From contig CAYUKU010000005.1 in assembly GCA_964445435.1 (NCBI GenBank), forward strand, positions 6,627 through 70,626: a DNA stretch of 64,000 nucleotides, read 5' to 3'. This DNA comes from an uncultured Gammaproteobacteria bacterium (GTDB lineage: Bacteria; Patescibacteriota; Microgenomatia; UBA10105; UBA927). Shown piece after piece: positions 7,414 through 16,561 of this stretch. Made by a program: the position numbers and the translations under genes. The notes beneath the pieces were generated by a model that saw only the letters and a program-made list of their open reading frames with translations, was not told the origin of the DNA and made no database searches. Position 1 is the stretch's first letter. Each line of letters starts with the position of its first letter.

Positions 7414-9432
7414 ATGAACAGAATTGATCAATTGGAGAGACAGCCGTCCGGGGAACGGGGGAATATTGTCCAAACACAAATCCTTGTCCGGCCGGATTTG
7501 GGGAAGTTCGACGATGAACGGCGTGAGCGGTGGGAAAAGTTTGACAACCAGCAAATTGCAGTTCAGGCATGGACACAGGGTGACGCACCGCATGTGACCC
7601 CGGATGAGATGCACCGGTTGCTCGCTGACGACGATACCCTGAAGATCGTGATTGGCAATGGGCTTGCGGCTGACTCAACGCAGCTGGACAACTCCGTATC
7701 TCTCGTGCGGACGATATTTGCTCAGCTGGCCTCCCACCAAACCTTGAAAGATAAAAAGGTCGTTATTCTCGGAATGTCGCTGAACGGTTTTCCCGGAAGT
7801 CTTTTTCGATCGGATTTCGTACCGACACCGGCCGATGTCCATCCCGATGAGTTTGCAGGCATGATCGACGACGCCCTTACCGACATGCAGTGCTCGCCTG
7901 ATTCCACGGTGGTGGCCGGTCATAGTTCTGGAGGTGAAACGGCCTTGCGTCTAGCAGACAAATACGCGACGGTTGCTTTGCATCCGGCCATCGGCGCCAA
8001 TACGACGCAGGATATATTCTCAATTCTTGAATCACTGGAGGGAATTTCCGACAAATTCGGATTTATCGCCGACAAAGCGGAAAATATTCCGGGCGTTGGG
8101 AGGTTTGTAAAATCGTTTATTAATAGCCGACGCGAAGATCTCACAAACGCCGTTCTGAAGTGGCTTGTGAGTGACAAAACCACTGCGATATCCAAGGATA
8201 TTGCATATCAGGTGGCCATGCATGTCCGGTGTAAGCAGCTGGCCGGGCCTGCATACGGCGCAAAATTGGCCGAGTTATCTCATATAGATGTGAATCCGTT
8301 TGGGCGGTTGGCAGACGCGAAGTTTAAGCCGATTGTCCTTCGATCGCATGGCGGTGATCGCCTCACCAAACAGGAAGCGACCGAGTATTACCTTTCGGAA
8401 TTACAAAAACATGGCCTGAATGTCATGGTAACCTCCGAAATATCTCCTGCCCTTCGCGGGGTTATCGATTTTGACGAAACATATACCTATGGTCATGACG
8501 CACCCTTTCTCATCCAGGAGGCATGTGATACTGCAGCCGCTGCAATTATCGTCCAGTTACAGAATGTCGAGCGCGTTCGCCAGGAAAAGAAGCGCTCGGC
8601 GGTCGTTGAAGCGCCACCGGTGCGGGAAGAGCCAAAAATAGAATCGCACGCCGGTTTGGAAGTCGATCCGTTCGTTGCAAAGGAACGGCGTGATTTTGCT
8701 CTGCAGCAATTTACCGATCTTATCGTAAGTGTGAAACGGTTATTGCAGGAAACCAACACCAAACTCGACGTCCACTTCCAAATCGTAGATGAGTTTACCG
8801 CTGCTGGTTTGGATGAGTATCTGGTACGGGCGGTGGAGATGCCGGAGAGTGAATTTTTGAAGTATCTGGATGGGGCGGATGTGCATTACGGATCTTTTTT
8901 CGCCAAACTAGCACAGATGGAATTGACATTGGCATGGAAAAAAGCGCTCGTGGCAGGGAGAGCCGGCGCTTCGCAGCGGGAAATTGCGGATATCGCATTC
9001 AACACCGTCGGGCTTCGTGCCGCTTGGGCGCGTTTGCATAGCCATGACACGGTGACCTCGCAGCAGCAATTGCGGGAGACTCCCAACACAATTGCGGGGC
9101 TTGATGGCTTTGCGCTTATGGATAGCATCATATTCGATGCGCACAGAACACACGGAATGGCGATCAGTGTTGTCTCCATGGCATCAAGTGACAAGCGGTA
9201 TAACGATTTATACGAGGCGAAACAATTGGTAGGGTGGTCAATCGCGATGCACGATGCTGATATACCGAACCAGAATATTCTGGATCTTTCCGAAGAAAAG
9301 TTTCACAGCATACTCACGGCACTTGAAGAGGAACTTGCATATAGGCTTCAGACGCCGATTCAACTGCATGAACAGGATTTTGCGCTCATGGCGGATATCA
9401 TGGCACAGGATACTTCGTCCACCCAAATGTAG
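7414..9432 (+). CDS. large alpha/beta-hydrolase-fold protein with long helical C-terminal region; function unknown
   Basis: 672 aa. GHSSGG nucleophile elbow (GxSxG) near residue 170. No other motifs recognised. Confidence 0.45.
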   Translation: MNRIDQLERQPSGERGNIVQTQILVRPDLGKFDDERRERWEKFDNQQIAVQAWTQGDAPHVTPDEMHRLLADDDTLKIVIGNGLAADSTQLDNSVSLVRTIFAQLASHQTLKDKKVVILGMSLNGFPGSLFRSDFVPTPADVHPDEFAGMIDDALTDMQCSPDSTVVAGHSSGGETALRLADKYATVALHPAIGANTTQDIFSILESLEGISDKFGFIADKAENIPGVGRFVKSFINSRREDLTNAVLKWLVSDKTTAISKDIAYQVAMHVRCKQLAGPAYGAKLAELSHIDVNPFGRLADAKFKPIVLRSHGGDRLTKQEATEYYLSELQKHGLNVMVTSEISPALRGVIDFDETYTYGHDAPFLIQEACDTAAAAIIVQLQNVERVRQEKKRSAVVEAPPVREEPKIESHAGLEVDPFVAKERRDFALQQFTDLIVSVKRLLQETNTKLDVHFQIVDEFTAAGLDEYLVRAVEMPESEFLKYLDGADVHYGSFFAKLAQMELTLAWKKALVAGRAGASQREIADIAFNTVGLRAAWARLHSHDTVTSQQQLRETPNTIAGLDGFALMDSIIFDAHRTHGMAISVVSMASSDKRYNDLYEAKQLVGWSIAMHDADIPNQNILDLSEEKFHSILTALEEELAYRLQTPIQLHEQDFALMADIMAQDTSSTQM

Positions 9433-9449
9433 CCTTCTCACGACTTTTT

Positions 9450-9477
9450 TTGCTTTTTTCCCTGTCTTTCGTACAAT
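9450..9477 (+). promoter_or_regulatory. promoter (TTGCTT-16-TACAAT) giving a leaderless start at 9484
   Basis: TACAAT lies at 9472-9477 and the ATG is 7 nt downstream. Confidence 0.4.
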
Positions 9478-9483
9478 CATGCT

Positions 9484-10314
9484 ATGACACAGGATCTCCG
9501 CATCGCCTTCATGGGCGATATTACCGCCGACAAATACATGGATACCAGTTCCGTGAAGTATGGCGGAGCTGCTCTCAATATGGCAATGTGGGCCAAACGC
9601 ATCGGGATTGTCCCGGAAATCGTTTCTGCGGTGGGGGATGATCAGATAGGAGACGAATTTCTCAACCTCCTTGTGGATGAGAATCTTTCCTCGGCGTGCG
9701 TCCAGCAGAAACCGGGAAAAACATCAGCCATTGAAATCTTCCTGGAGAACGGCGAACGGCGATATGGTACGTGGGAACCGGGCGTGCTTTCTTCATACCA
9801 TGTACGAACCGAAGATTTTGAGATTCTGCAGAATGTCGATGCTATCGCTATTACCGTCTACCCCGCATATCTCAATGTGCTGGAAGAGTTTTCTCAATGG
9901 AGACAAACACAGGCTCCTGAAGAGCGCCCGCTGCTATGCATCAATTACGGCGATCTGAAAGAATTCGGAAACAGTATCGATATTCCCAAACAATATATCG
10001 ATAGTGCGGATATTCTGGTATTTGGGCTGGATAGCGAGAAGGATGCTGCCATTATAAGGGACGTACAGACACTATCACGGCCGGATACGTTGATTGTCAC
10101 GACATTAGGAAAGCATGGTTCCCGCGTCCGCGTAGGGCTGGGAGAGTTTTTTCAGCCGGCGTTTGATGCACATGTTGTTGATACGACGGGAGCCGGAGAT
10201 TCGTTTCTTGTCGGATTTCTGTCGGACTACCTCACGCGGGCAGATGTATCCAAAGCCCTTATTGCGGGATCACAGCTTGCGGTCAAAGCCATTTCTACAA
10301 TCGGCGCGTACTAG
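9484..10314 (+). CDS. PfkB-family carbohydrate or nucleoside kinase (ribokinase-like)
   Basis: DTTGAGDSFLVGF is the PfkB signature 2. Confidence 0.8.
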   Translation: MTQDLRIAFMGDITADKYMDTSSVKYGGAALNMAMWAKRIGIVPEIVSAVGDDQIGDEFLNLLVDENLSSACVQQKPGKTSAIEIFLENGERRYGTWEPGVLSSYHVRTEDFEILQNVDAIAITVYPAYLNVLEEFSQWRQTQAPEERPLLCINYGDLKEFGNSIDIPKQYIDSADILVFGLDSEKDAAIIRDVQTLSRPDTLIVTTLGKHGSRVRVGLGEFFQPAFDAHVVDTTGAGDSFLVGFLSDYLTRADVSKALIAGSQLAVKAISTIGAY

Positions 10315-10723
10315 ATTTTCCGCTGCAGGATTGGCATATCCCGAAAAATTCGAGGGAATGGGATGTGACGGTAAACTTCGTCTGTTTTTCAACAACTCGT
10401 TCCAGATCCGCTTCCATAATTTCGGAAACGTCGCGCATGCTTCCGCATGACGTGCAGATGACATGATGGTGATGCGCCCGGTCAGCGCGTTCGTAGCGGA
10501 ACTTGCCTTCGCCCAATTCGATCCGTTTGACGAGTCCTGTCGTGACGAACACGTCAAGAATGCGGTATATGGTTACCGGATCGACGTCAAGTTTTCTGAC
10601 CGCCGGGTATGCGCGTACCTCTTCGACGCTCAAAGGGAGGCTTCCTTTAGTCAACGCCTCCATGACTGCTACCCGTGCCCTTGTCGGCCTGATGCCACTT
10701 TTCGCAAGCGAATATGTATTCAT
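10295..10723 (-). CDS. Fur-family transcriptional regulator (Fur/Zur/PerR)
   Basis: A helix-turn-helix N-terminus is followed by HHHHVICTSCG...CxxC metal-site motifs. Confidence 0.85.
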   Translation of the reverse strand: MNTYSLAKSGIRPTRARVAVMEALTKGSLPLSVEEVRAYPAVRKLDVDPVTIYRILDVFVTTGLVKRIELGEGKFRYERADRAHHHHVICTSCGSMRDVSEIMEADLERVVEKQTKFTVTSHSLEFFGICQSCSGKSSTRRL

Positions 10724-10817
10724 GACAGTATATTATGCAACTTATTTGCATCTGTCAAAATGGTGCGCTCGGAGTTTCTGACTTGACATACTGGTTTTGA
10801 CAATTCATAGTAAAAGT

Positions 10818-11696
10818 ATGTTCGATCAGCTAATTGCGTTTGTTCTCTTAGGGTTAGGCTTGAAGACGCCGCTCACCGAAAGCGCGCCTGCACGTGTCGC
10901 ATATTCACAGTCCCAACAGTCCGTTCTATCAAGCAGCGATTCAAACGATGACGATTCCGAGCACGATGGCAGCGGCGGGAGCTCTTCCGGCAGCAATACA
11001 TCGGGAAGCGGATCGGGAAATGACAACGAAGACGAAAAAGAGGATGACCATGACGGCGCTTCCGGAGCATTCGGACCGACGGGGATATTCCCTGCGAAAA
11101 ACAGGATTTCCATTCAGCTGAAGGAGGCACATGATATCTACCGTGCCGAGCTTCAGAAGGATCATGAGGTCTGGAACGGTGAGCTAAGAGCAAAACTCGA
11201 AGCCGCCAAGAAACAGCACGAAGCCAGACGCGAGGCGCTGAAAAAGAAGTTAACGACACTGAGAGACGAGCGCAAAAAGACGATTATCACCAAGCTTCAG
11301 GACCGTTTCGATGAGGTAAATCGGAAGCGTCTCGAGCGCATGACCGAGAATCTCAAGAAGATCGAAGAGGTTCTCATGCATATCGAGGAGAAGGCAGCTG
11401 AGCAAAAAGAGCAAGGCAAGGACACCTCATCTGTCGACACCGCCGTCGCAAGCGCCCATACGGCGATAGATGCGGCAAAGGCGGCCCTCACCACGCAGGC
11501 GGGGAAAGAATATGTGATTACGATCAACTCGGAAACGACGGCGAAAAACGACGTCGGCCAGACGCGCCGGACGCTCGAAGCGGATCTGAAAGCCGTGCAC
11601 GGGAAAATCGTCGCCGCGCGCAAGGCTGTAAGTAATGCTATCCGCGCATTAGCACGACTTCGCGGAGAAGAGATCCCTGAGGAGGTCATCAAATGA
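10818..11696 (+). CDS. secreted coiled-coil protein with Ser/Gly/Asp/His-rich low-complexity segment
   Basis: Signal-peptide-like N-terminus MFDQLIAFVLLGLGL. An acidic S/G/D/H tract is followed by a Lys/Glu-rich coiled-coil. Divergent from the Fur-family gene. Confidence 0.5.
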   Translation: MFDQLIAFVLLGLGLKTPLTESAPARVAYSQSQQSVLSSSDSNDDDSEHDGSGGSSSGSNTSGSGSGNDNEDEKEDDHDGASGAFGPTGIFPAKNRISIQLKEAHDIYRAELQKDHEVWNGELRAKLEAAKKQHEARREALKKKLTTLRDERKKTIITKLQDRFDEVNRKRLERMTENLKKIEEVLMHIEEKAAEQKEQGKDTSSVDTAVASAHTAIDAAKAALTTQAGKEYVITINSETTAKNDVGQTRRTLEADLKAVHGKIVAARKAVSNAIRALARLRGEEIPEEVIK

Positions 11697-12001
11697 AAAC
11701 AAAAATGCCTCTCTTGTTTCTTATCCCCATGATTGCCATCATTCTCGTCGTCGCGGGTGCCGCGCTTGTCCGCATGTTGTCCCGGCCGGCAACCGAAGTG
11801 GCACAGACGACGGAGTATCCCTCATTGGATGAATCGACGAACAAGCCTTCTTCGTTTTTGGGAAAACTGTTTGGCGGCGGTACGACGCCGGCCCCGACGC
11901 CGGCCTCGAGTGATGATCTCGCGCGGGAACTCAAAAACACCGTCGATGACGGGGGACAATCCGATTTTGACGCGCTAGAGAAGGAATCCGAAGGCCTGTA
12001 A
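11693..12001 (+). CDS. small membrane-anchored protein
   Basis: 102 aa with an N-terminal TM helix. Its start overlaps the upstream stop (ATGA). Confidence 0.4.
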   Translation: MKTKMPLLFLIPMIAIILVVAGAALVRMLSRPATEVAQTTEYPSLDESTNKPSSFLGKLFGGGTTPAPTPASSDDLARELKNTVDDGGQSDFDALEKESEGL

Positions 12002-12087
12002 GACCCCATCAAGCTTGACACCGCCTTCATCGTTGTCTACCATACTCTTGGAGGTACCGTAAAAGAGTGCGGAAATTGGAAATTTTT

Positions 12088-12245
12088 AAGCGTGTGGCCC
12101 GCCGGCGAGGCGGGATACGAGGGAAGGGCGTATCGAAATAATCTGCGGGTGCCCTTTGGTAGTTGCTCCCTACCACAACAGCGATTCGGAAACCTCCCGG
12201 TAACGGAAGAACAACGAAGCTGACGGAGTCCGCCTCTTATCATCG
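12088..12245 (+). ncRNA. glmS ribozyme-like 5' leader (glucosamine-6-phosphate-responsive self-cleaving riboswitch), putative
   Basis: A 230-nt leader sits between a TTGACA-17-TACCAT promoter (12015-12043) and the glmS ATG. It contains ACGAGG...ATCGAA...TCTGCGGGTGCCCTT, which parallels the B. subtilis core ACGAGG..UAUCGAAUU..UCGGCGGAUGCCUCC. It also has GGTAACGGAAG (compare GUAAGGA) and a GAAGGGC/GCCCTT stem. Confidence 0.45.
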
Positions 12246-12279
12246 AAAAATCGTTTTTTATTTTCCGAAGGAGTGTTCT

Positions 12280-14061
12280 ATGTGTGGAATTTTTGGCTAC
12301 GTGGGTCCGTCACCCAAGGCGACATCATTGGTTCTTAAAGGTCTTAAGGATCTTGAATATCGGGGGTATGACAGCTGGGGCATCGCCGCAGTTCCGGATA
12401 ATTCAAACGGGCACGGCAAGATCGTCGTGAAGAAAAAGACGGGGAAAATCGGCAACGCCACGCCGGAAGGGTTTCCCGCCAGCTCATTTGCCTTCGGGCA
12501 CACGAGATGGGCGACACATGGCGGTGTCACGGATATAAACGCGCATCCCCACCTGGACTGTACGGGGACTATTGCCATCATCCATAACGGCATTCTGGAA
12601 AACTATATGGAGATCAAGGAGAAACTTCTGAAGAAAGGTCACCGATTTATCTCCCAAACGGATACCGAAGTCGCGGTTCATCTCATCGAGGAATACGCCA
12701 AAACCATGCTTTTCAGCAAGGCGGTCCAGAAGGCATTCAATGAGATGACGGGTCTCAATGCATTCATTGCCATGAATACGAAGATTAAGCAGTTCGTCGC
12801 CGTGCGAAACGGCTCGCCATTAGTCGTCGGGTTCGGGAACAAGGAAAACTACCTGGCGTCAGACGCGGCCGCCCTTTTGCCGCATACCAAGCAGGTGCAT
12901 TTTCTTGAGGACGATGAGATGGCGATTGTTACACAAAAAGGCGCCATGATATTCAACGCGCGGACGGGAGCCCATGTCGCACCGCGTAAACAGCTTCTTA
13001 CCTGGTCCCTGGCGCAGGTGGAGAAAGGCAGTTATCCGTATTTCATGCTGAAAGAGATCCATGAACAGCCGGGAATTCTGGCGGATATCGCAGCAGATGG
13101 CGCCAACAGAGCGGTAGAATTGGCGAAGGTCGTGAAGAAAAGCCATGACGTTGCCATCATCGGTTGCGGGACGGCGAGCTACGCGAGTCTTGCCGGATCT
13201 ATCTTGTTTAACAAGATTGCCAAGCGGCCGGTCACGTGGGTGATCGGAAGCGAATTTGATGACGAGGTCCAGTTTTTGGGTCCGTCGAGTCTGGTTATAG
13301 CCCTGTCTCAGTCCGGAGAGACGATGGATACGCTTGAGGCAGTGCGCAAAGCCAAGAAGAAAAAGGCGAAGATTCTTTCCATCGTCAACGTCATGGGGTC
13401 GACCCTGTACCGCGAGAGTGATTATCAGCTTCTCATAGGTGCAGGTCCGGAGAAGGGTGTTGCTTCGACGAAGGCGTTTACCGGGAAAATCGCCCACACG
13501 CTTCTTCTGGCTTACGCGTCAGTCGGGAAGGTCGGGGATGGGCAAAAAATGCTGACCAAAGCAGCGCGTGTGGCCAAGGAAATACTGTCGGAGAAATCCG
13601 TTTCCCGGATTAAGACGCTTGCCAAGCGCATCGCCAAAAACGAACACGCCTATGTCATCGGCCGCGGCATGAGTTATCCAACCGCCCTCGAGACGGCGCT
13701 TAAGATCAAGGAGATCTCCTACATTCACGCGGAAGGGTTTGCCGCGGGGGAGCTCAAGCACGGAGTGATTGCGCTTATCGAAGAAGGAACGCCGTGCATC
13801 GCGTTTCTCCCCAACGACGAGACGTACGCAGCGAACCTGGCTGGCGCCATGGAGATGAAGGCGCGCGGCGGGTACATCATCGGGGTATCGCACAAACCCC
13901 ACGAGATATTTGATTACTACATTCCGGTGAAGGATGTGGGACCGGCAACGCTCATCCCCAACGTCATGGTTGCCCAGCTTTTGGCCTATTACCTGACGAT
14001 TGAGCGCGGGTTTGATCCCGACATGCCGCGCAATCTGGCCAAAAGCGTGACGGTAAAATAG
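12280..14061 (+). CDS. glmS: glutamine--fructose-6-phosphate aminotransferase
   Basis: Starts MCGIFGYVG (N-terminal Cys nucleophile) and ends with SIS domains. RBS AAGGAG is present. The ORF-track start at 12163 is too far upstream. Confidence 0.95.
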   Translation: MCGIFGYVGPSPKATSLVLKGLKDLEYRGYDSWGIAAVPDNSNGHGKIVVKKKTGKIGNATPEGFPASSFAFGHTRWATHGGVTDINAHPHLDCTGTIAIIHNGILENYMEIKEKLLKKGHRFISQTDTEVAVHLIEEYAKTMLFSKAVQKAFNEMTGLNAFIAMNTKIKQFVAVRNGSPLVVGFGNKENYLASDAAALLPHTKQVHFLEDDEMAIVTQKGAMIFNARTGAHVAPRKQLLTWSLAQVEKGSYPYFMLKEIHEQPGILADIAADGANRAVELAKVVKKSHDVAIIGCGTASYASLAGSILFNKIAKRPVTWVIGSEFDDEVQFLGPSSLVIALSQSGETMDTLEAVRKAKKKKAKILSIVNVMGSTLYRESDYQLLIGAGPEKGVASTKAFTGKIAHTLLLAYASVGKVGDGQKMLTKAARVAKEILSEKSVSRIKTLAKRIAKNEHAYVIGRGMSYPTALETALKIKEISYIHAEGFAAGELKHGVIALIEEGTPCIAFLPNDETYAANLAGAMEMKARGGYIIGVSHKPHEIFDYYIPVKDVGPATLIPNVMVAQLLAYYLTIERGFDPDMPRNLAKSVTVK

Positions 14062-14153
14062 TGTTAAGTGCAACCGCCGTGCAGACGGGAATTTCAAAGA
14101 CACGCTCACTGATGGTTGTCCGCACGTCGTTTGCTTTTGGGTGACCCGCTTTT

Positions 14154-14317
14154 AGCAGCGTAGCAAACAATTTTTTGCGACAACTGAGCGTTCGCATAAT
14201 GTCATGGAGTTTAATCGTGATATGCGAACGCTCACTTAGCGAACGACGGGAAGTACTCATCGATCAGTGATTATCATCAGGTGAGCAGGTCGCTGAAAAT
14301 TCGTTTGCGAAGCTGCT
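14154..14317. repeat. Family B nested-palindromic element, copy B1 (164 bp)
   Basis: Terminal inverted repeats AGCAGCGTAGCAAACAATTTT / AAAATTCGTTTGCGAAGCTGCT and inner stem GAGCGTTCGC / GCGAACGCTC. Lies between the convergent glmS and HD genes. Confidence 0.8.
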
Positions 14318-14328
14318 TCTGGAGGGCG

Positions 14329-14979
14329 TTAGTATTTAATCACAAATTCCTTGAGGAGTTTTTTCTCCGTCTTTCCGCCGATAATTGCCTTTACTTCGAA
14401 GTATTGCTCCACCCCTGAATGGGAGAGTTTTTCTTTCAGAAGCTCGTCGACCTGGAAGATGCCCGCCGAGTTGCTCATCGTGATGTAGATTTCAATCGGG
14501 CGGTCTTTGCCTTCTTTTATTTCCACGCCTTCGACGGCATACGCGGAGAGCGAATGGATATTTACTTTTCCTGCCTCATAGGGAATGCGGGAGCGGCCGC
14601 TACTCATATCAAGTGCGTCGGCGATCCGTACGATGCCGGCCTCTTTGGTAAGCGGTCTTCCGTCAGATCGGTGACTGATGATGGCGTGAAGCGTTTCAGA
14701 GATGACAATCGTTCGTTCCGAAATGGGCATAAACGAGAGCGTTTCCCGAAGAAGCGAATTTGCCAGAAACAGGCTATATGTTTCGTGGTCAATGCGGTGG
14801 ATGGACATCCCAAGATCATGGAGAATGCTTGCAAGTACGATGACCACTTCGGCATGCTGTTGGGTGAGTTTGTAGTCTTTCACGATGGACATCTGGATGT
14901 TGTTTTTCTCAAGAATCCGCGCAAGTCGAAGTGCGATATTTGCCACAATCTGGAAATGGACGGGTCCGTGATCGCTCAT
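14329..14979 (-). CDS. HD-domain phosphohydrolase (possibly a YfbR-like 5'-deoxynucleotidase)
   Basis: H...HD...H...D motifs: DHGPVHF, ILHDLGM, TLHAIISH, VRIADALD. The ORF-track N-terminus at 15489 overlaps the dNK gene, so the start was trimmed to the Met at 14979. Confidence 0.55.
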   Translation of the reverse strand: MSDHGPVHFQIVANIALRLARILEKNNIQMSIVKDYKLTQQHAEVVIVLASILHDLGMSIHRIDHETYSLFLANSLLRETLSFMPISERTIVISETLHAIISHRSDGRPLTKEAGIVRIADALDMSSGRSRIPYEAGKVNIHSLSAYAVEGVEIKEGKDRPIEIYITMSNSAGIFQVDELLKEKLSHSGVEQYFEVKAIIGGKTEKKLLKEFVIKY

Positions 14980-15177
14980 GCCCAGCCGGTCAATGGCGTT
15001 GACGTTGAGGATGTTCCAGAGCGTCACGATTTCTTCATTATTGTTTATCCGCTCAAGTGTTTCTGAGAGGAGTTTGTTACTCGCGGTCGGAACGTGGATG
15101 AGAGGTTTATCGGTAGTGTTCACTGGCACAGTATAGCAGAAAGGGTATGTTTGTGGTACAACAGTCAGGTAGTAACT

Positions 15178-15807
15178 ATGCGCAAAAGAAATTTGTATAT
15201 CTCCGTCATGGGTACGATGGGAAGCGGAAAGACAACCGCCGCCCGTCTCATCGCCCAAGAGCTTAAGTTTCAACTGGTGGAGGAAAATTTCGGCGAAAAC
15301 GCGTTTCTCCCCAGATTTTATGGAGACATGAACCGCTGGGCGTTCCATTCCCAGACGTTTTTTTTGATGGAGAAGATTACCCAGATGTTGGAAACCCCGA
15401 AAATGCTGGAAAAGGGGCCGGTCGTCCAGGATACGCCCATCCAGCAGGACGCGTTTTCTTATGCCAAGGCCCAGCATGTTCTCGGACATATTGATGATGC
15501 CGAGTGGAAACTGTATCAGAAGATTTACAAATCCTTCGAGCCGTATTTCCCCAAGCCCGATTGCATCGTTTTTCTGGAAACCTCAATTCCGTCGATTGCC
15601 GACCGCATCGAGAAGCGCGGGCGAGGGTATGAGCAGAAAATTCCGCAAAGCTACCTGGAACTTCTGGATATGCTCAATCACAAGTGGCTAACGGAAAACA
15701 AAAGCATCCCCGTCTTGACGGTGGCCACCGACGGACTCAATATCGTCACAAGCAAGGTCGCCAAAGAGGCGCTTCTCACAGCCGTAAAGAAGAAGCTGAA
15801 GCTTTAG
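15178..15807 (+). CDS. deoxynucleoside kinase
   Basis: P-loop GTMGSGKTT and the overall dNK/dCK-family pattern. Start trimmed to MRKRNLYISV. Confidence 0.8.
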   Translation: MRKRNLYISVMGTMGSGKTTAARLIAQELKFQLVEENFGENAFLPRFYGDMNRWAFHSQTFFLMEKITQMLETPKMLEKGPVVQDTPIQQDAFSYAKAQHVLGHIDDAEWKLYQKIYKSFEPYFPKPDCIVFLETSIPSIADRIEKRGRGYEQKIPQSYLELLDMLNHKWLTENKSIPVLTVATDGLNIVTSKVAKEALLTAVKKKLKL

Positions 15808-15850
15808 GTTGAATGCCTCTATCAATGTCATCGTGTTAACACGCTAATAT

Positions 15851-16552
15851 ATGCAGGATAAGCTGATGTCGGACATACGCGTAATCATTTGGGATTTCGA
15901 CGGGACGTTCTATCCGCAGAATCCCGCGGTAACTGCAGCGATGGAGGAAGGACAGTACCAAACAATCATGCGCCACAAGGGCTGGACGCATGAGCGGGCG
16001 AAAGAAGAATTCTGGAAGATATACCCTTCGCAAACGACAAGCGGAAATACCGCGGTGGGACGCATCTGCGGAATCACCACTGCTCAGGCGGGCGTGGAAA
16101 ACGAACAGGGATTTGATAGGCTTGCGTTTATCCCAAAGGATCACCATCTTCCCGAATTGTTTGAGAAGTTAAAAGGCTTCCGGCACTTCATTCTGGGAAA
16201 TGGCGTTCAAGCGAATTTGTTGAAAACAACCAAAGGGTTAGGCATTGATCACGTGTTTGAAGAGATCGTCACGAGTGAAACGGTAGGAGCCAACAAGCCG
16301 GATCCGGCGGGATTCCGGTATATCCTGAAAAAGACAGGGTTTGCGCCCCGACAGCATGTGATGGTTGGAGACCGCGAGGTGGTCGACCTTGCTCCCGCCA
16401 AAAAGCTGGGCATGCGCACCTGTCTCGTGACGTGGGGAGAGGGGTTTTCCGAACTGCCAACAACCGGTGAGAGCGTGGATATCACCATCCCAACGGTATA
16501 CGACCTGCCAGATCGGCTCCATGAAATTGCATCTGCAAGTCGCTTAGCATAG
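15851..16552 (+). CDS. HAD-family hydrolase (nucleotidase-like)
   Basis: IIWDFDGTF (motif I) and VGDREVVDLAPA (motif IV). The start could instead be the ATG at 15866. Confidence 0.7.
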   Translation: MQDKLMSDIRVIIWDFDGTFYPQNPAVTAAMEEGQYQTIMRHKGWTHERAKEEFWKIYPSQTTSGNTAVGRICGITTAQAGVENEQGFDRLAFIPKDHHLPELFEKLKGFRHFILGNGVQANLLKTTKGLGIDHVFEEIVTSETVGANKPDPAGFRYILKKTGFAPRQHVMVGDREVVDLAPAKKLGMRTCLVTWGEGFSELPTTGESVDITIPTVYDLPDRLHEIASASRLA

Positions 16553-16561
16553 TATATTTTT

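Noticed and set aside
12859-14109. Antisense ORFs 12859-13497 and 13519-14109 inside glmS
   Set aside because: They lie entirely antisense to a full-length, well-conserved glmS, so they are frame shadows.
13964-14260. 98-aa minus ORF overlapping repeat B1, and the similar 25249-25506 ORF overlapping B2
   Set aside because: Both translate the palindromic repeat and run into flanking genes; the shared peptide is a repeat artefact.
14329-15489. Full 386-aa extent of the HD-domain ORF
   Set aside because: The upstream 170 codons overlap the divergent dNK gene and its promoter region and have no motif, so the start was trimmed to the Met at 14979.
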